From a virus (taxonomy: Duplodnaviria > Caudoviricetes): DNA of 63,208 nt. Below are positions 10,701 through 18,103 of the stretch, piece by piece; the stretch's first letter is position 1, and every line of letters begins with the position of its first letter. The translations under genes were made by a program, and so were the position numbers. The stretch spans positions 1 through 63,208 of IMG/VR virus record IMGVR_UViG_3300030406_003636. The stretch is one strand, 5' to 3'. Below the pieces are notes generated by a model that did no database searches, was not told where the DNA came from, and was given only the letters and a program-made list of their open reading frames with translations.

Positions 10701-12983
10701 TTTGGTGGTGGTAGTCATACTTATATAAGTGAGGATATTGATGATAGATTAAGATTCTTTACAGGTGGTACTGAATTTATGAGGTTTACAGAAGATACTT
10801 CTGACACGATAAACTTTTATACAGATGCAACTTTTGCAGGGCAAGTTTTGTGTGACACAAACACCACAACCCCTACAAGTGGTGAAGCTGTATTTTATAA
10901 ATCAAGTGCAGGTGCAGTTTTATCAGGTTTTCAAGCAATATTAGAAACAGGTTCCGCAGGTTCAAGAGCAACTGCTCTTACAATAAATAATTCACAAAAT
11001 GCCACTTTTGCAGGAGCTGTAAATGTTTTTCCAAGTTCTTTAGGAGGCTCAACAGCCATGTCTGATGGCACGTTAATATTTGGAGCAGGTTCTACAAGTT
11101 ATTATAGCTTTAGATTAGATTCAAATGCTGATTTACATTTAGATAAAGTTTTTGGTGGAACAAATGCTACCGTATTTAGTATAGATAGAAGCACTACAAA
11201 TGGAGATATAACTTTTGCAGGTCAATTAAATTCAGGAAGATTATTTGTAGAACAATCAGGTGCTGACATGATTGACATGACACGTACAAGTGTTGGTACG
11301 TATAGACTAGCAATTTCTAGCACAGATAAATTTAGTGTATTTGATGTTGGAGCTAGTGCAGATAGATTAGTAATAGATTCATCAGGTAAGGTTGGTATTG
11401 GAACTGATACTCCTGAAAGACCTTTGCACGTTTTAAGTAGCGTGGATAATCCACTGTTAGTTGATTCATCCGATGATACAACTGGAATTATTTTTAGAGA
11501 TAACAACGCTTCTAATTCTATATTTTACAGAGGTAATGGTGATTACTTTTATACTAATTCTCAAAAGTTTGGTATTGGAACAGGAACGCCATCAAGTCAG
11601 CTTCACTTATATAGAAATGATACTAGCACTAATGAACTATTAATTGAAAACGATGGTACTGGGGATGCGGCTTTAAGTTTTAGAAGTGATAATAATACTG
11701 ACGGAAATAATTTTGCTTCAATGTACTTTGATGCAAACGATGAAGGTAATAATAATACAAGATATGCTAAAATAAGAGCATTTATAGAAGATAATGCGGC
11801 TGGCGCTGAAGATGGTAAATTAGTATTTACTACTTTAACAGGAGCAAGCGATGTAAATCAACTTATACTAGATAGTTCAGGGGCAACTTTTGCAGGAGGC
11901 GTGGGTGTTGGTGGAATAACTCCTGGTGCTAGTGGTGGCTATGCAACTTTAGTAGCAAATGGAACATCTGCTTTGCCAGTTTTAGCATTAAGATCTTCAA
12001 GTGGTAAAGTAAGATTTGGGTTTTATGAAGGTGGCGCAGGAAGGTTTTATATAGACACACTAAATGGCTCTGATGGTCTTGCTTTTATAGATGGTGATGG
12101 TAGTAGTGAGAGATTAAGAATTGATTCAAGTGGAAGATTCTTTTTAGGTCATACTTCAACTTTACTTTCTTCATCAGAAAAGTTTTCTGTAAGTGCAGGT
12201 ACAAATGGTATAAATGTTTTTTCAAATAGTTCAACTGGAAATGGTACTTTATATCTACAAAACACAAATACGTCTACAACTGACTGGCAGACTTATTTGA
12301 TATTACAAGATGGTACTGGTAATAGAGGTCAAATGGGTATTTTTTATAATACTTCTACTCTAGGAATAGGTGGACACGGTGGTATAGAATTTAAAACTGG
12401 TGCAACAAGTTTAGCTAATGCGACAACTGCTTTAACTATAGACACTTCTCAAAATGCAACTTTTGCGGGTAATGTAGAGTTAGGTGATAGTACCAATATA
12501 AGCATGAGTAGTGGTGGTGCTGGTCAATTACAAGTTGAAGGTTCTGGTTATACGGGTGCAATTGCTTTAAATGCAACTGCTATGTATATCTATCACAATA
12601 GTAGTATTAGAGATTTAGTATTAGGAACAAATGAAACAGCTAGGTTAACTATAGCTGGTAACAGCGGTAACACGTCTATAACTGGTACATTTACAGCGGC
12701 AGGTGATGTTGTTGCTTTCTCTGATGAAAGACTAAAGTCTAACATAGAAACACTAGATGGCTCTAAGGTTTATGATATGAGAGGTGTTAGTTTCACGAAA
12801 GATAATAAAGATGGTAGTGGTGTTATAGCACAAGAATTAGAAAAAGTAGCACCAGAACTAGTAAACAATGACGGTGAATATAAGTCTGTAGCGTATGGTA
12901 ACATTACAGGATATTTAATAGAAGCTATTAAAGATTTAAAAGCTGAAGTGGAAGAGTTAAAAAACGAATTAAAAAATAAATAA
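4704..12983 (+). CDS. Giant modular tail fibre/spike with C-terminal peptidase S74 intramolecular chaperone
   Basis: 2759 aa G/T/S/N-rich; repeated ATFAG and GIGT..P...LH motifs; SDERLKSNIE...GVIAQE...V.Y + coiled coil. Confidence 0.88.
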   Translation: MAQNFLSDIKLGDNIYIRLGDATDGDLQLYHGGLHSFIDNQTGNLYIRNFSDDKNIHFQTDDGSGAVTDYIVIHGQENIVKFQEHSRHLDNKEARFGTGSDLKIYHENSTGHSYIKEAGTGDLRVLTSRFVLNNAADTENMFRATQNGAVELYYDAVKQLETDTNGVEIINNLGVGRFPSPIYGIYQEFNSTDANQDNKFAYFIDGNFSGADNTDGDREQGGIRIDIDSSADGDASDEHRLYGIWTDVRFTGYSDLVRAGYFYAENNNSTGSEKQQETVGVYASAVGDGTNTNAGTNNLKAVQGQASVQNVGYVGASYGGFFQSFLAGVRTADANNLVGVRGEVEIDSSSSITLGNARAVQAVIDVDNTTPTITNSFLYHGTYEGDTSSITNRYGLFIQHAAINRIDGTLGIAGSLPVSTSALTIKSTSASSQQSAIDIIQNGGTNSIIRMGEKSTDGGRFHMFDGGTEKIAFYTDGTDNHISAGNLGIGTENPARPLEVNSSQISARFTSSSIDSQIELVDSGGTAVLGSSSGAFLVQTGSQTRLTISTSGNATFAGTVTANGTTLTGNTGTVTGTGTNNRIAIWNGTTAIDSDSDFYVDGDTIFTTNLEASGNVVVAGNLQVNGTTTTVNQTNLDVADNIIGLNRGLTGTNANDSGIIIERGSSGDNAAFVWDESIGYFSFGTTQKTPSATGAVANESDWTWKPIKASGAVFTGSITSGAITASGDITLDDNSGASPSLYLYNGDNNYWRIFNGSSLDLTFRVGTVTKFSIDSSGDATLSDGTAKKLSILASTHDTNTANTATLELGYGHSGGTGVGNIVLTEDANNSFGADMTFGVPHNNGSGGSSTRTALTLDGGTLAATFEGKVQLNQVPGAFTLNENTGVKLAIVGDGGDNNDGLIITRARGNQNQLDQFINIYNDGTSTFVTSGGTSAHGTFDFRSTTDKGDTSVSRLSINASGNATFANLVTLGPGTTGSPYDSTTFLHVKGTTRSIVQQSSTTDAYYMFGDAAANNVGWFGYNHTSGNANIQAENTITLYKPTNVVGTFAASDDFTLDNSSPEMYFKTGSTHYNWMIAAQENVDTALEFTPSNAVGATGTHDTPALTLYANRNATFAGDVRINGNDLEFNGAAAKISGTSGGQISLNYNTTSNQPLIWYGGGTSEQFKVTNAGVATFAGDVTATGNTRFIKIINNASTPATAIQLASDSTGDGQLRVNDSTGTTKIFFYGEANNDSYINNGGNLGLGTNQPLTNAAYNKLLHIHSSGGLGSVLKLTDTTTGAAAADGLEIIQYAADSYLLNREDGDIKFYTNGSFRGQFDNSGIFEIENATASGTAMYIKNTTNSVANTKTLIDFRAQASDNSPFYVSGQMGSKAEGTWTSTSSTRDASLIFNTVLNGNNELALTLASDKSATFAGSVTSTSLATTGSTGTLNLSALTNVITIPSLQDNGTFLSITQTGNEQWLFKCESIGGGTKDYVTIGASGAAGQFRVHEDGGISAHGNSDTVPAIEIHSDNTHGMRILHRATDGDFSFERRVSGTNTEFLRIGRSTGNATFASDITVNGGDVNVTKQNDAPIFVLTHDGTNPGTSDHLWQIMSWVDYNGTHENWGNITHRTTSDSAVRTELLFDVKSQSGNIQNALTLRGGSGTPNATFGGDVTLAATKKLFLDGGGNTYIQEVAGDDIDIVAGGNQSIEIRGINTNFGGDVTLAGTKSLITNSILTASGDLDIKTVLTSRDIRMYDGNNKVAVRVKGDGTGTDFRNADTRFISLNYEDSVNTIKSHAGSPNFGIESLNIKGDVIRFYTDYDANALNGNLTLTLDSSHNATFTGIVGMGSTGIYAGTNAQLNLPSYALAIKNNVSGSDNNWSYVRNTATGNQANLEFTTGVGISLTLNHDKSATFAGNIQADYQLLGRAFRGANRGELHLNGTGTDDVAEIFFGHGSGYTENNIRWAISDRGTTDGNLKFYRGPANGGFQEQLTLHKDGLATFAGDISIPVAKKLYFGGGSHTYISEDIDDRLRFFTGGTEFMRFTEDTSDTINFYTDATFAGQVLCDTNTTTPTSGEAVFYKSSAGAVLSGFQAILETGSAGSRATALTINNSQNATFAGAVNVFPSSLGGSTAMSDGTLIFGAGSTSYYSFRLDSNADLHLDKVFGGTNATVFSIDRSTTNGDITFAGQLNSGRLFVEQSGADMIDMTRTSVGTYRLAISSTDKFSVFDVGASADRLVIDSSGKVGIGTDTPERPLHVLSSVDNPLLVDSSDDTTGIIFRDNNASNSIFYRGNGDYFYTNSQKFGIGTGTPSSQLHLYRNDTSTNELLIENDGTGDAALSFRSDNNTDGNNFASMYFDANDEGNNNTRYAKIRAFIEDNAAGAEDGKLVFTTLTGASDVNQLILDSSGATFAGGVGVGGITPGASGGYATLVANGTSALPVLALRSSSGKVRFGFYEGGAGRFYIDTLNGSDGLAFIDGDGSSERLRIDSSGRFFLGHTSTLLSSSEKFSVSAGTNGINVFSNSSTGNGTLYLQNTNTSTTDWQTYLILQDGTGNRGQMGIFYNTSTLGIGGHGGIEFKTGATSLANATTALTIDTSQNATFAGNVELGDSTNISMSSGGAGQLQVEGSGYTGAIALNATAMYIYHNSSIRDLVLGTNETARLTIAGNSGNTSITGTFTAAGDVVAFSDERLKSNIETLDGSKVYDMRGVSFTKDNKDGSGVIAQELEKVAPELVNNDGEYKSVAYGNITGYLIEAIKDLKAEVEELKNELKNK
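6363..12469 (+). repeat. Dispersed 14-bp repeat GCAACTTTTGCAGG at tail-fibre module junctions
   Basis: Exact at 8040, 8223, 8934, 10653, 10827, 11883; 1 mismatch at 6363, 7290, 9651, 10389, 11001, 12456; weaker at 7590, 7839, 9357, 10170, 11208. Confidence 0.9.
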
Positions 12984-13480
12984 TGACTATACCAAGCAGT
13001 GGATCATTAAGTTTAAATGGAATATACAATGAGTTAGATGATAACACATACCCTGGTAGTGCTACTAATTCTAATGTGTCTTTAACAAATTTATCTACTG
13101 GTGGTAATCCTCCTGGTGAAGCAATAAACCAATCTAGTTCTAGTAAACCAGATGGTAACACGCCGCACGCTATGAGTGAATTTCATGGGTACAGCCATGG
13201 AACAGCGCTGCCAGGCTTTACTTTATTTTACTTTGCTGGTAAAGCTACAGACGTAAGCTCTGTTTGTAGTTCATCGAATACAATTACTGTGTATTCTAGC
13301 ACAGCAACTAGTGCATCAGATATTTTTTTAAATGAAAGAGTTATTTATCAAGACTCAGCAGGAACAACATTAGCGCCCTCATACTGGTATGCAGCTGGAA
13401 CAAGCACCGGTGACAGGGCTGGAAAATGGTCAAACCTTGGTAGCGGCTCTTGGACAGTAACATCAACTTGTGGACAATGA
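12983..13480 (+). CDS. Tail-fibre-associated virion protein
   Basis: MTIPSSGSLSL..I..E and PHAMSEF.GY motifs; directly follows fibre gene. Confidence 0.6.
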   Translation: MTIPSSGSLSLNGIYNELDDNTYPGSATNSNVSLTNLSTGGNPPGEAINQSSSSKPDGNTPHAMSEFHGYSHGTALPGFTLFYFAGKATDVSSVCSSSNTITVYSSTATSASDIFLNERVIYQDSAGTTLAPSYWYAAGTSTGDRAGKWSNLGSGSWTVTSTCGQ

Positions 13481-14088
13481 ATTATATATTTAACGAAAAT
13501 AGTATTTACGATTTGGATTGCGATATGTGCGGAGAAAAAGGTACTTTAGTTATGCACGCAGATCATGCAGATTATGAAAACGCGGTAGCAGATTTTATTA
13601 CATTTGAAGGTGCTACTATATTAGAAATAGGTTACGGCATGGGGTTATCAGCAAATCAAATACAAGCAAATAATCCGACTAAACATGTTATTATAGAAAA
13701 ACATGAGCAGGTATATAATAACGCAGTTGCTTGGGCACAAGATAAAGATAACGTAGAGATTATATTAGGAGACTATAAAGATGTTATAAGCACATTAACA
13801 GATAAGTTTGATGGTGTATACCACTCAGCTGATAAAGAAACTAAAGGAGCTTTATTTAATTTTAAAAACGATATAAAAAGTTTATGTAACGAAAATTGTA
13901 AACTTGTTATGCTTAATTGGGATATGAATCAAGATATATTAAATAAAGCAAATTATAAAGAAATACAAACAACACAAGCATATAAAGATGCGTTTGGTGA
14001 ATTACAAACATTTATAATATACACTACATTAATGAACAACAAATGGGAAAAAGTAAATGAAGATCCCGTTTATGTAAATTTAAAATAG
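13477..14088 (+). CDS. Class I SAM-dependent methyltransferase (GAMT/RMT2-like)
   Basis: ILEIGYGMG motif I, HVIIEKH motif II, FDGVY; start moved to ATG 13477 (ATGA overlap). Confidence 0.75.
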   Translation: MNYIFNENSIYDLDCDMCGEKGTLVMHADHADYENAVADFITFEGATILEIGYGMGLSANQIQANNPTKHVIIEKHEQVYNNAVAWAQDKDNVEIILGDYKDVISTLTDKFDGVYHSADKETKGALFNFKNDIKSLCNENCKLVMLNWDMNQDILNKANYKEIQTTQAYKDAFGELQTFIIYTTLMNNKWEKVNEDPVYVNLK

Positions 14089-14098
14089 TTATAAATAC

Positions 14099-14108
14099 TG
14101 TAATAATA
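14099..14108 (+). promoter_or_regulatory. Putative late promoter TGTRATWATA
   Basis: TGTAATAATA intergenic; similar copies at 14552, 32237, 61753 and 41190. Confidence 0.45.
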
Positions 14109-14147
14109 AAAATATAAAATTATGTTTAACAATTAAAATAGAGAATA

Positions 14148-14519
14148 ATGGCTTTAGAAGGTAAATATACATACAAAGGTATCGATATTACAAAAGCATA
14201 TGTTATGGTTACTAATGTAAATACTAGTAATTACATAGGTTCAGAAACTACTGAAAAAACTCCTAAGAAGTACAATGAAGACGGCTCTGTAAAAAGTGAA
14301 GCCGTTATGGAAACAAAGTGGGTAAAAAATCTTAGTGGTAACTGGAGCGCCGCTGTATATAAAGATAAAGATGCTAGAACAAATACGCCAAACGTAGTTA
14401 TTGATAACATCAGTGGTAGTTTTGACGTTGACGTTAAAGCAAGTGGTAAAAATCCAGTAGTACAAGCGTACGCTGCGATTAAAGCATTAGACGCGTATAA
14501 AACTTATACAGACGCCTAG
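14148..14519 (+). CDS. Hypothetical, tail-fibre assembly-like protein
   Basis: C-terminal QAYAAIK...Y...DA pattern; context. Confidence 0.5.
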   Translation: MALEGKYTYKGIDITKAYVMVTNVNTSNYIGSETTEKTPKKYNEDGSVKSEAVMETKWVKNLSGNWSAAVYKDKDARTNTPNVVIDNISGSFDVDVKASGKNPVVQAYAAIKALDAYKTYTDA

Positions 14520-14551
14520 TGACATTAGCGTGTTAATAAACACGTTATTTA

Positions 14552-14561
14552 TGTAATAATA
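14552..14561 (+). promoter_or_regulatory. Putative late promoter
   Basis: TGTAATAATA upstream of the packaging operon. Confidence 0.45.
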
Positions 14562-14594
14562 ATAAAGTAAATTTTAACTTAAATTAAATTAATT

Positions 14595-14867
14595 ATGAAT
14601 AAAAAAGTAGAAAAAATATCTGAAGATCATTTAAAAGAACTTCAAGGTCACGTTAATAAAATCAACCAAGCACAACTACAACTTGGTGGTTTAGAATCTC
14701 AGAAGCATAGCTTACTACATGCTGTAGTTAACATGCAAACTGAGTTAACTGAGTTTCAAAATAAACTAGAAGAAGAGTATGGTAAAGTAAGTATTAACAT
14801 ACAAGACGGTAGCATAGCTCCACTTCCTGAAGAAAACGTGCAAAATGAATCTGATACGCAAGATTAG
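14595..14867 (+). CDS. Small coiled-coil protein
   Basis: Heptad-rich, LEEEYG.V.IN..DG.I. Confidence 0.6.
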   Translation: MNKKVEKISEDHLKELQGHVNKINQAQLQLGGLESQKHSLLHAVVNMQTELTEFQNKLEEEYGKVSINIQDGSIAPLPEENVQNESDTQD

Positions 14868-15063
14868 TATTGGTAAAGATTATAAAAATGACGCGATGCA
14901 TTACTCTGTAGGCCAAGAAGTCTACGGAGGGCACGTCATTTGTGATATACTAGAATCACCTACTAAATATAGTGTTTATATTAAAAAAAATAAAGAGGTA
15001 TTACCTTGGAAAGATTTTAATAAAAACATGGCTGTATCAGTAGAGTATAATCTAAACTACTAA
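14845..15063 (+). CDS. Hypothetical protein
   Basis: Coupled ORF, IRKISIG.DYKN.AMHY.VGQ. Confidence 0.6.
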   Translation: MNLIRKISIGKDYKNDAMHYSVGQEVYGGHVICDILESPTKYSVYIKKNKEVLPWKDFNKNMAVSVEYNLNY

Positions 15064-15668
15064 TGAAAAGTATTTTTGATTTTGTAATAACACCACAAAA
15101 TAAAAGATATAACAATACTAAAAAAATAGGTGACGTTGATTTAATTGTAAATACTGAAATACAAAACCATAAGTTTATAAGTCAACAAGCTAAAGTTTTA
15201 TACACACCAACAGCTTTTAAAACTAATATAAAACCTGGTGATGATGTAATTGTACATCATAATATTTTTAGAAGATGGAGAGACGTGCGTGGCGAAGAAA
15301 AAAATAGTAAAAGCTTTATTGATGAGCAAACATATTTATGCCAACCGGATCAGCTATATCTTTATAAGCAAAACAATAAATGGCAAACCCAGCCAGGTTA
15401 TTGCTTTGTTAAACCAATAAAAAATACAGACAAATATAGTTTAGATAAAGAGCAACCATTAATAGGTATTGTAAAATACGCTGGTGATGATTTAAATGCT
15501 ATGGGCTTAAAAGAAAATGACTTAGTAGGCTTTTCACCACACAGTGAGTTTGAATTTATTGTTGATAATGAAAGGCTTTACAGGGTATTATTAAATTCAA
15601 TTACAATTAAATATGAATATCAAGGACAAGAAGAAGAATATAATCCAAGCTGGCTACAAAGCAGTTGA
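15063..15668 (+). CDS. Tandem GroES-like protein
   Basis: Two units: IKPGDDVIVHH and VKP...GIVKY...GLKENDLVGF...LYRV. Confidence 0.6.
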   Translation: MKSIFDFVITPQNKRYNNTKKIGDVDLIVNTEIQNHKFISQQAKVLYTPTAFKTNIKPGDDVIVHHNIFRRWRDVRGEEKNSKSFIDEQTYLCQPDQLYLYKQNNKWQTQPGYCFVKPIKNTDKYSLDKEQPLIGIVKYAGDDLNAMGLKENDLVGFSPHSEFEFIVDNERLYRVLLNSITIKYEYQGQEEEYNPSWLQSS

Positions 15669-15888
15669 TGAATTAATTAAAGTTGCTAAAGAAGAAATTG
15701 TAGATACAGATGAAGATGTATCAGCTGATAGATTAAAAAACGCGGCAGCTACTAAAAAGCTAGCTATATTTGATGCTTTTGAAATATTAAATCGTATTGA
15801 AGAAGAAAAATCAATGCTTGATGGTAAACAAAAAGAAGAAACAAAACCTAAAGCATTTGGTGGTTTTGCTGAAAACAGATCAATATAA
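15613..15888 (+). CDS. Putative terminase small subunit
   Basis: Small helical protein immediately upstream of terL. Confidence 0.5.
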   Translation: MNIKDKKKNIIQAGYKAVDELIKVAKEEIVDTDEDVSADRLKNAAATKKLAIFDAFEILNRIEEEKSMLDGKQKEETKPKAFGGFAENRSI

Positions 15889-18101
15889 TGTACAAACAAA
15901 CGTTATATAGAATAATAAAACCTATAAAACAAACTACTTTATCAAGATTAAATAAAGGTAAGAAGTGGAAATATGGTTATAACAAAGAACATGATGTTGT
16001 TGTTATAAGTAAAACAGGGCAAATAGGTGATGTATATGAAATACAAAATTTAAAAATAGCATTACCAAAGCAACCAAAGAAAATACAAAAATTTAGTAAA
16101 AACAAATGGGAAGTAACTGATTATCCTAAAGAACTAAATAAAATAAAAACGATATTTGACTGGCGTAACTATCCAGAAGATTTTAAAAACAAGTGGTACA
16201 ATTATATTGAAGGTGAATTTAATAAACGCGATAATGGGTTTTGGTTTTATAATAAAAACAAACCTACTTATATTACTGGTACTAATTACATGTACTTGCA
16301 ATGGACAAAGATTGATGTTGGACACCCTGATTTTAGAGAATCAAACAGGTTATTCTTTATATTTTGGGAAGCATGCAAAGCAGATGAAAGATCGTACGGT
16401 ATGTGCTATGTTAAAAACAGACGATCAGGCTTTTCATTTATGGCATCTGGCGAAACAGTTAACATGGCAACCATATCAAGCGATGCAAGATTTGGTGTAT
16501 TATCAAAGTCCGGTGCAGACGCTAAAAAAATGTTTACCGATAAAGTCGTACCAATATCTGTCAACTACCCGTTTTTCTTTAAACCAATACAAGACGGTAT
16601 GGACAGACCAAAAACAGAACTTGCTTACAGAGTTCCAGCTTCAAAACTCACGAGGCGTAAAATGGTTTCAAATGAACCAACAGAAGAACTCGTTGGTCTC
16701 GATACCACTATTGACTGGAAAAACACTGGTGATAACGCTTATGACGGTGAAAAACTAAAACTACTTGTACACGATGAAAGTGGTAAGTGGGAAAGACCTG
16801 AAAATATTTTAAATAACTGGCGGGTTACTAAAACGTGTTTACGTTTAGGTAGTAGAATTATTGGTAAGTGTATGATGGGCTCAACGTGTAACGCTTTAGA
16901 TAAAGGTGGTGATAATTTTAAAAAGCTATATAATAACTCTGACATAACAAAAAGAAATAAAAATGGCCAAACAAACTCTGGCTTGTATTCTTTTTTTATA
17001 CCTATGGAGTGGAACTACGAAGGTTTTATAGATGAGTACGGTATGCCAGTATTTGAAACGCCACAAGAAGAAGTTTATGGACCATACGGTGATCTAATAG
17101 ATTTAGGCGTTATAGAGCATTGGCAAAATGAAGCTGATGGTTTAAAGAACGATCAAGATGGTTTAAATGAATTTTACAGACAGTTTCCAAGAACAGAAGA
17201 ACACGCGTTTAGAGATGAAACTAAAAACAGTATATTTAATTTAGTTAAAATATACGAACAAATAGATTATAACGACGGTGTTGAAACTACTTCTGCTGTA
17301 ACTAAAGGTAATTTTCAGTGGGTTAATGGCGTGAAAGATACAAGTGTAATATTTTATCCTGATCAAAATGGTAGGTTTAATGTTAGCTGGATACCGCCAA
17401 GCCACATGCAAAATAAGATATTATTAAAGAACAACATTAAATATCCTGGTAACGAGCATATAGGTGCATTTGGTTGTGATAGTTATGATATATCAGGAAC
17501 AGTTGATGGCAAAGGATCAAAAGGTGCTTTGCATGGTTTAACTAAATTTAGTATGGAAGAAGCTCCTACTAATCATTTCTTTTTAGAATATATAGCTAGA
17601 CCAAGTACAGCTGAAATGTTTTTTGAAGATGTTTTAATGGCATTACATTTTTATGGTATGCCAATATTAGCAGAGAATAATAAACCACGTTTATTATATT
17701 ATCTAAGAAGAAGAGGGTATAGGCAATATTCTATGAACAGGCCTGATAAATCTTTTAACAAACTCTCAACTGCTGAAAAAGAAATAGGTGGTATACCTAA
17801 CTCAAGTGAAGATATAAAGCAAGCACACGCTGCTGCTATTGAAATGTACATACAAGATCACGTTGGTAAAAATGAAGCTGGCGAATATGGTTCAATGTAC
17901 TTTAATAAAACTTTAAATGAGTGGTCTAGGTTTGATATTAATAAAAGAACAAAGTTTGATGCTACTATTAGTTCAGGTCTAGCAGTTATGGCATGCAATA
18001 GGCATTTATATTCGCCTAATGTAGAGAAGCAAAAAGCAAAAGTTAATTTAAGTTTTGCAAGATATACAAACACAGGAACAAGATCAAGAATAATTAAATA
18101 A
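15888..18101 (+). CDS. terL: Terminase large subunit
   Basis: KNRRSGFS Walker-A variant, LLVHDESGKW Walker B, GCDSYD nuclease motif, KFDATI. Confidence 0.9.
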   Translation: MYKQTLYRIIKPIKQTTLSRLNKGKKWKYGYNKEHDVVVISKTGQIGDVYEIQNLKIALPKQPKKIQKFSKNKWEVTDYPKELNKIKTIFDWRNYPEDFKNKWYNYIEGEFNKRDNGFWFYNKNKPTYITGTNYMYLQWTKIDVGHPDFRESNRLFFIFWEACKADERSYGMCYVKNRRSGFSFMASGETVNMATISSDARFGVLSKSGADAKKMFTDKVVPISVNYPFFFKPIQDGMDRPKTELAYRVPASKLTRRKMVSNEPTEELVGLDTTIDWKNTGDNAYDGEKLKLLVHDESGKWERPENILNNWRVTKTCLRLGSRIIGKCMMGSTCNALDKGGDNFKKLYNNSDITKRNKNGQTNSGLYSFFIPMEWNYEGFIDEYGMPVFETPQEEVYGPYGDLIDLGVIEHWQNEADGLKNDQDGLNEFYRQFPRTEEHAFRDETKNSIFNLVKIYEQIDYNDGVETTSAVTKGNFQWVNGVKDTSVIFYPDQNGRFNVSWIPPSHMQNKILLKNNIKYPGNEHIGAFGCDSYDISGTVDGKGSKGALHGLTKFSMEEAPTNHFFLEYIARPSTAEMFFEDVLMALHFYGMPILAENNKPRLLYYLRRRGYRQYSMNRPDKSFNKLSTAEKEIGGIPNSSEDIKQAHAAAIEMYIQDHVGKNEAGEYGSMYFNKTLNEWSRFDINKRTKFDATISSGLAVMACNRHLYSPNVEKQKAKVNLSFARYTNTGTRSRIIK

Positions 18102-18103
18102 GT

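Noticed and set aside
4704-12983. Diversity-generating retroelement or shufflon acting on the fibre
   Set aside because: No reverse transcriptase, TR/VR pair or site-specific recombinase seen; the repeats are all direct and in frame
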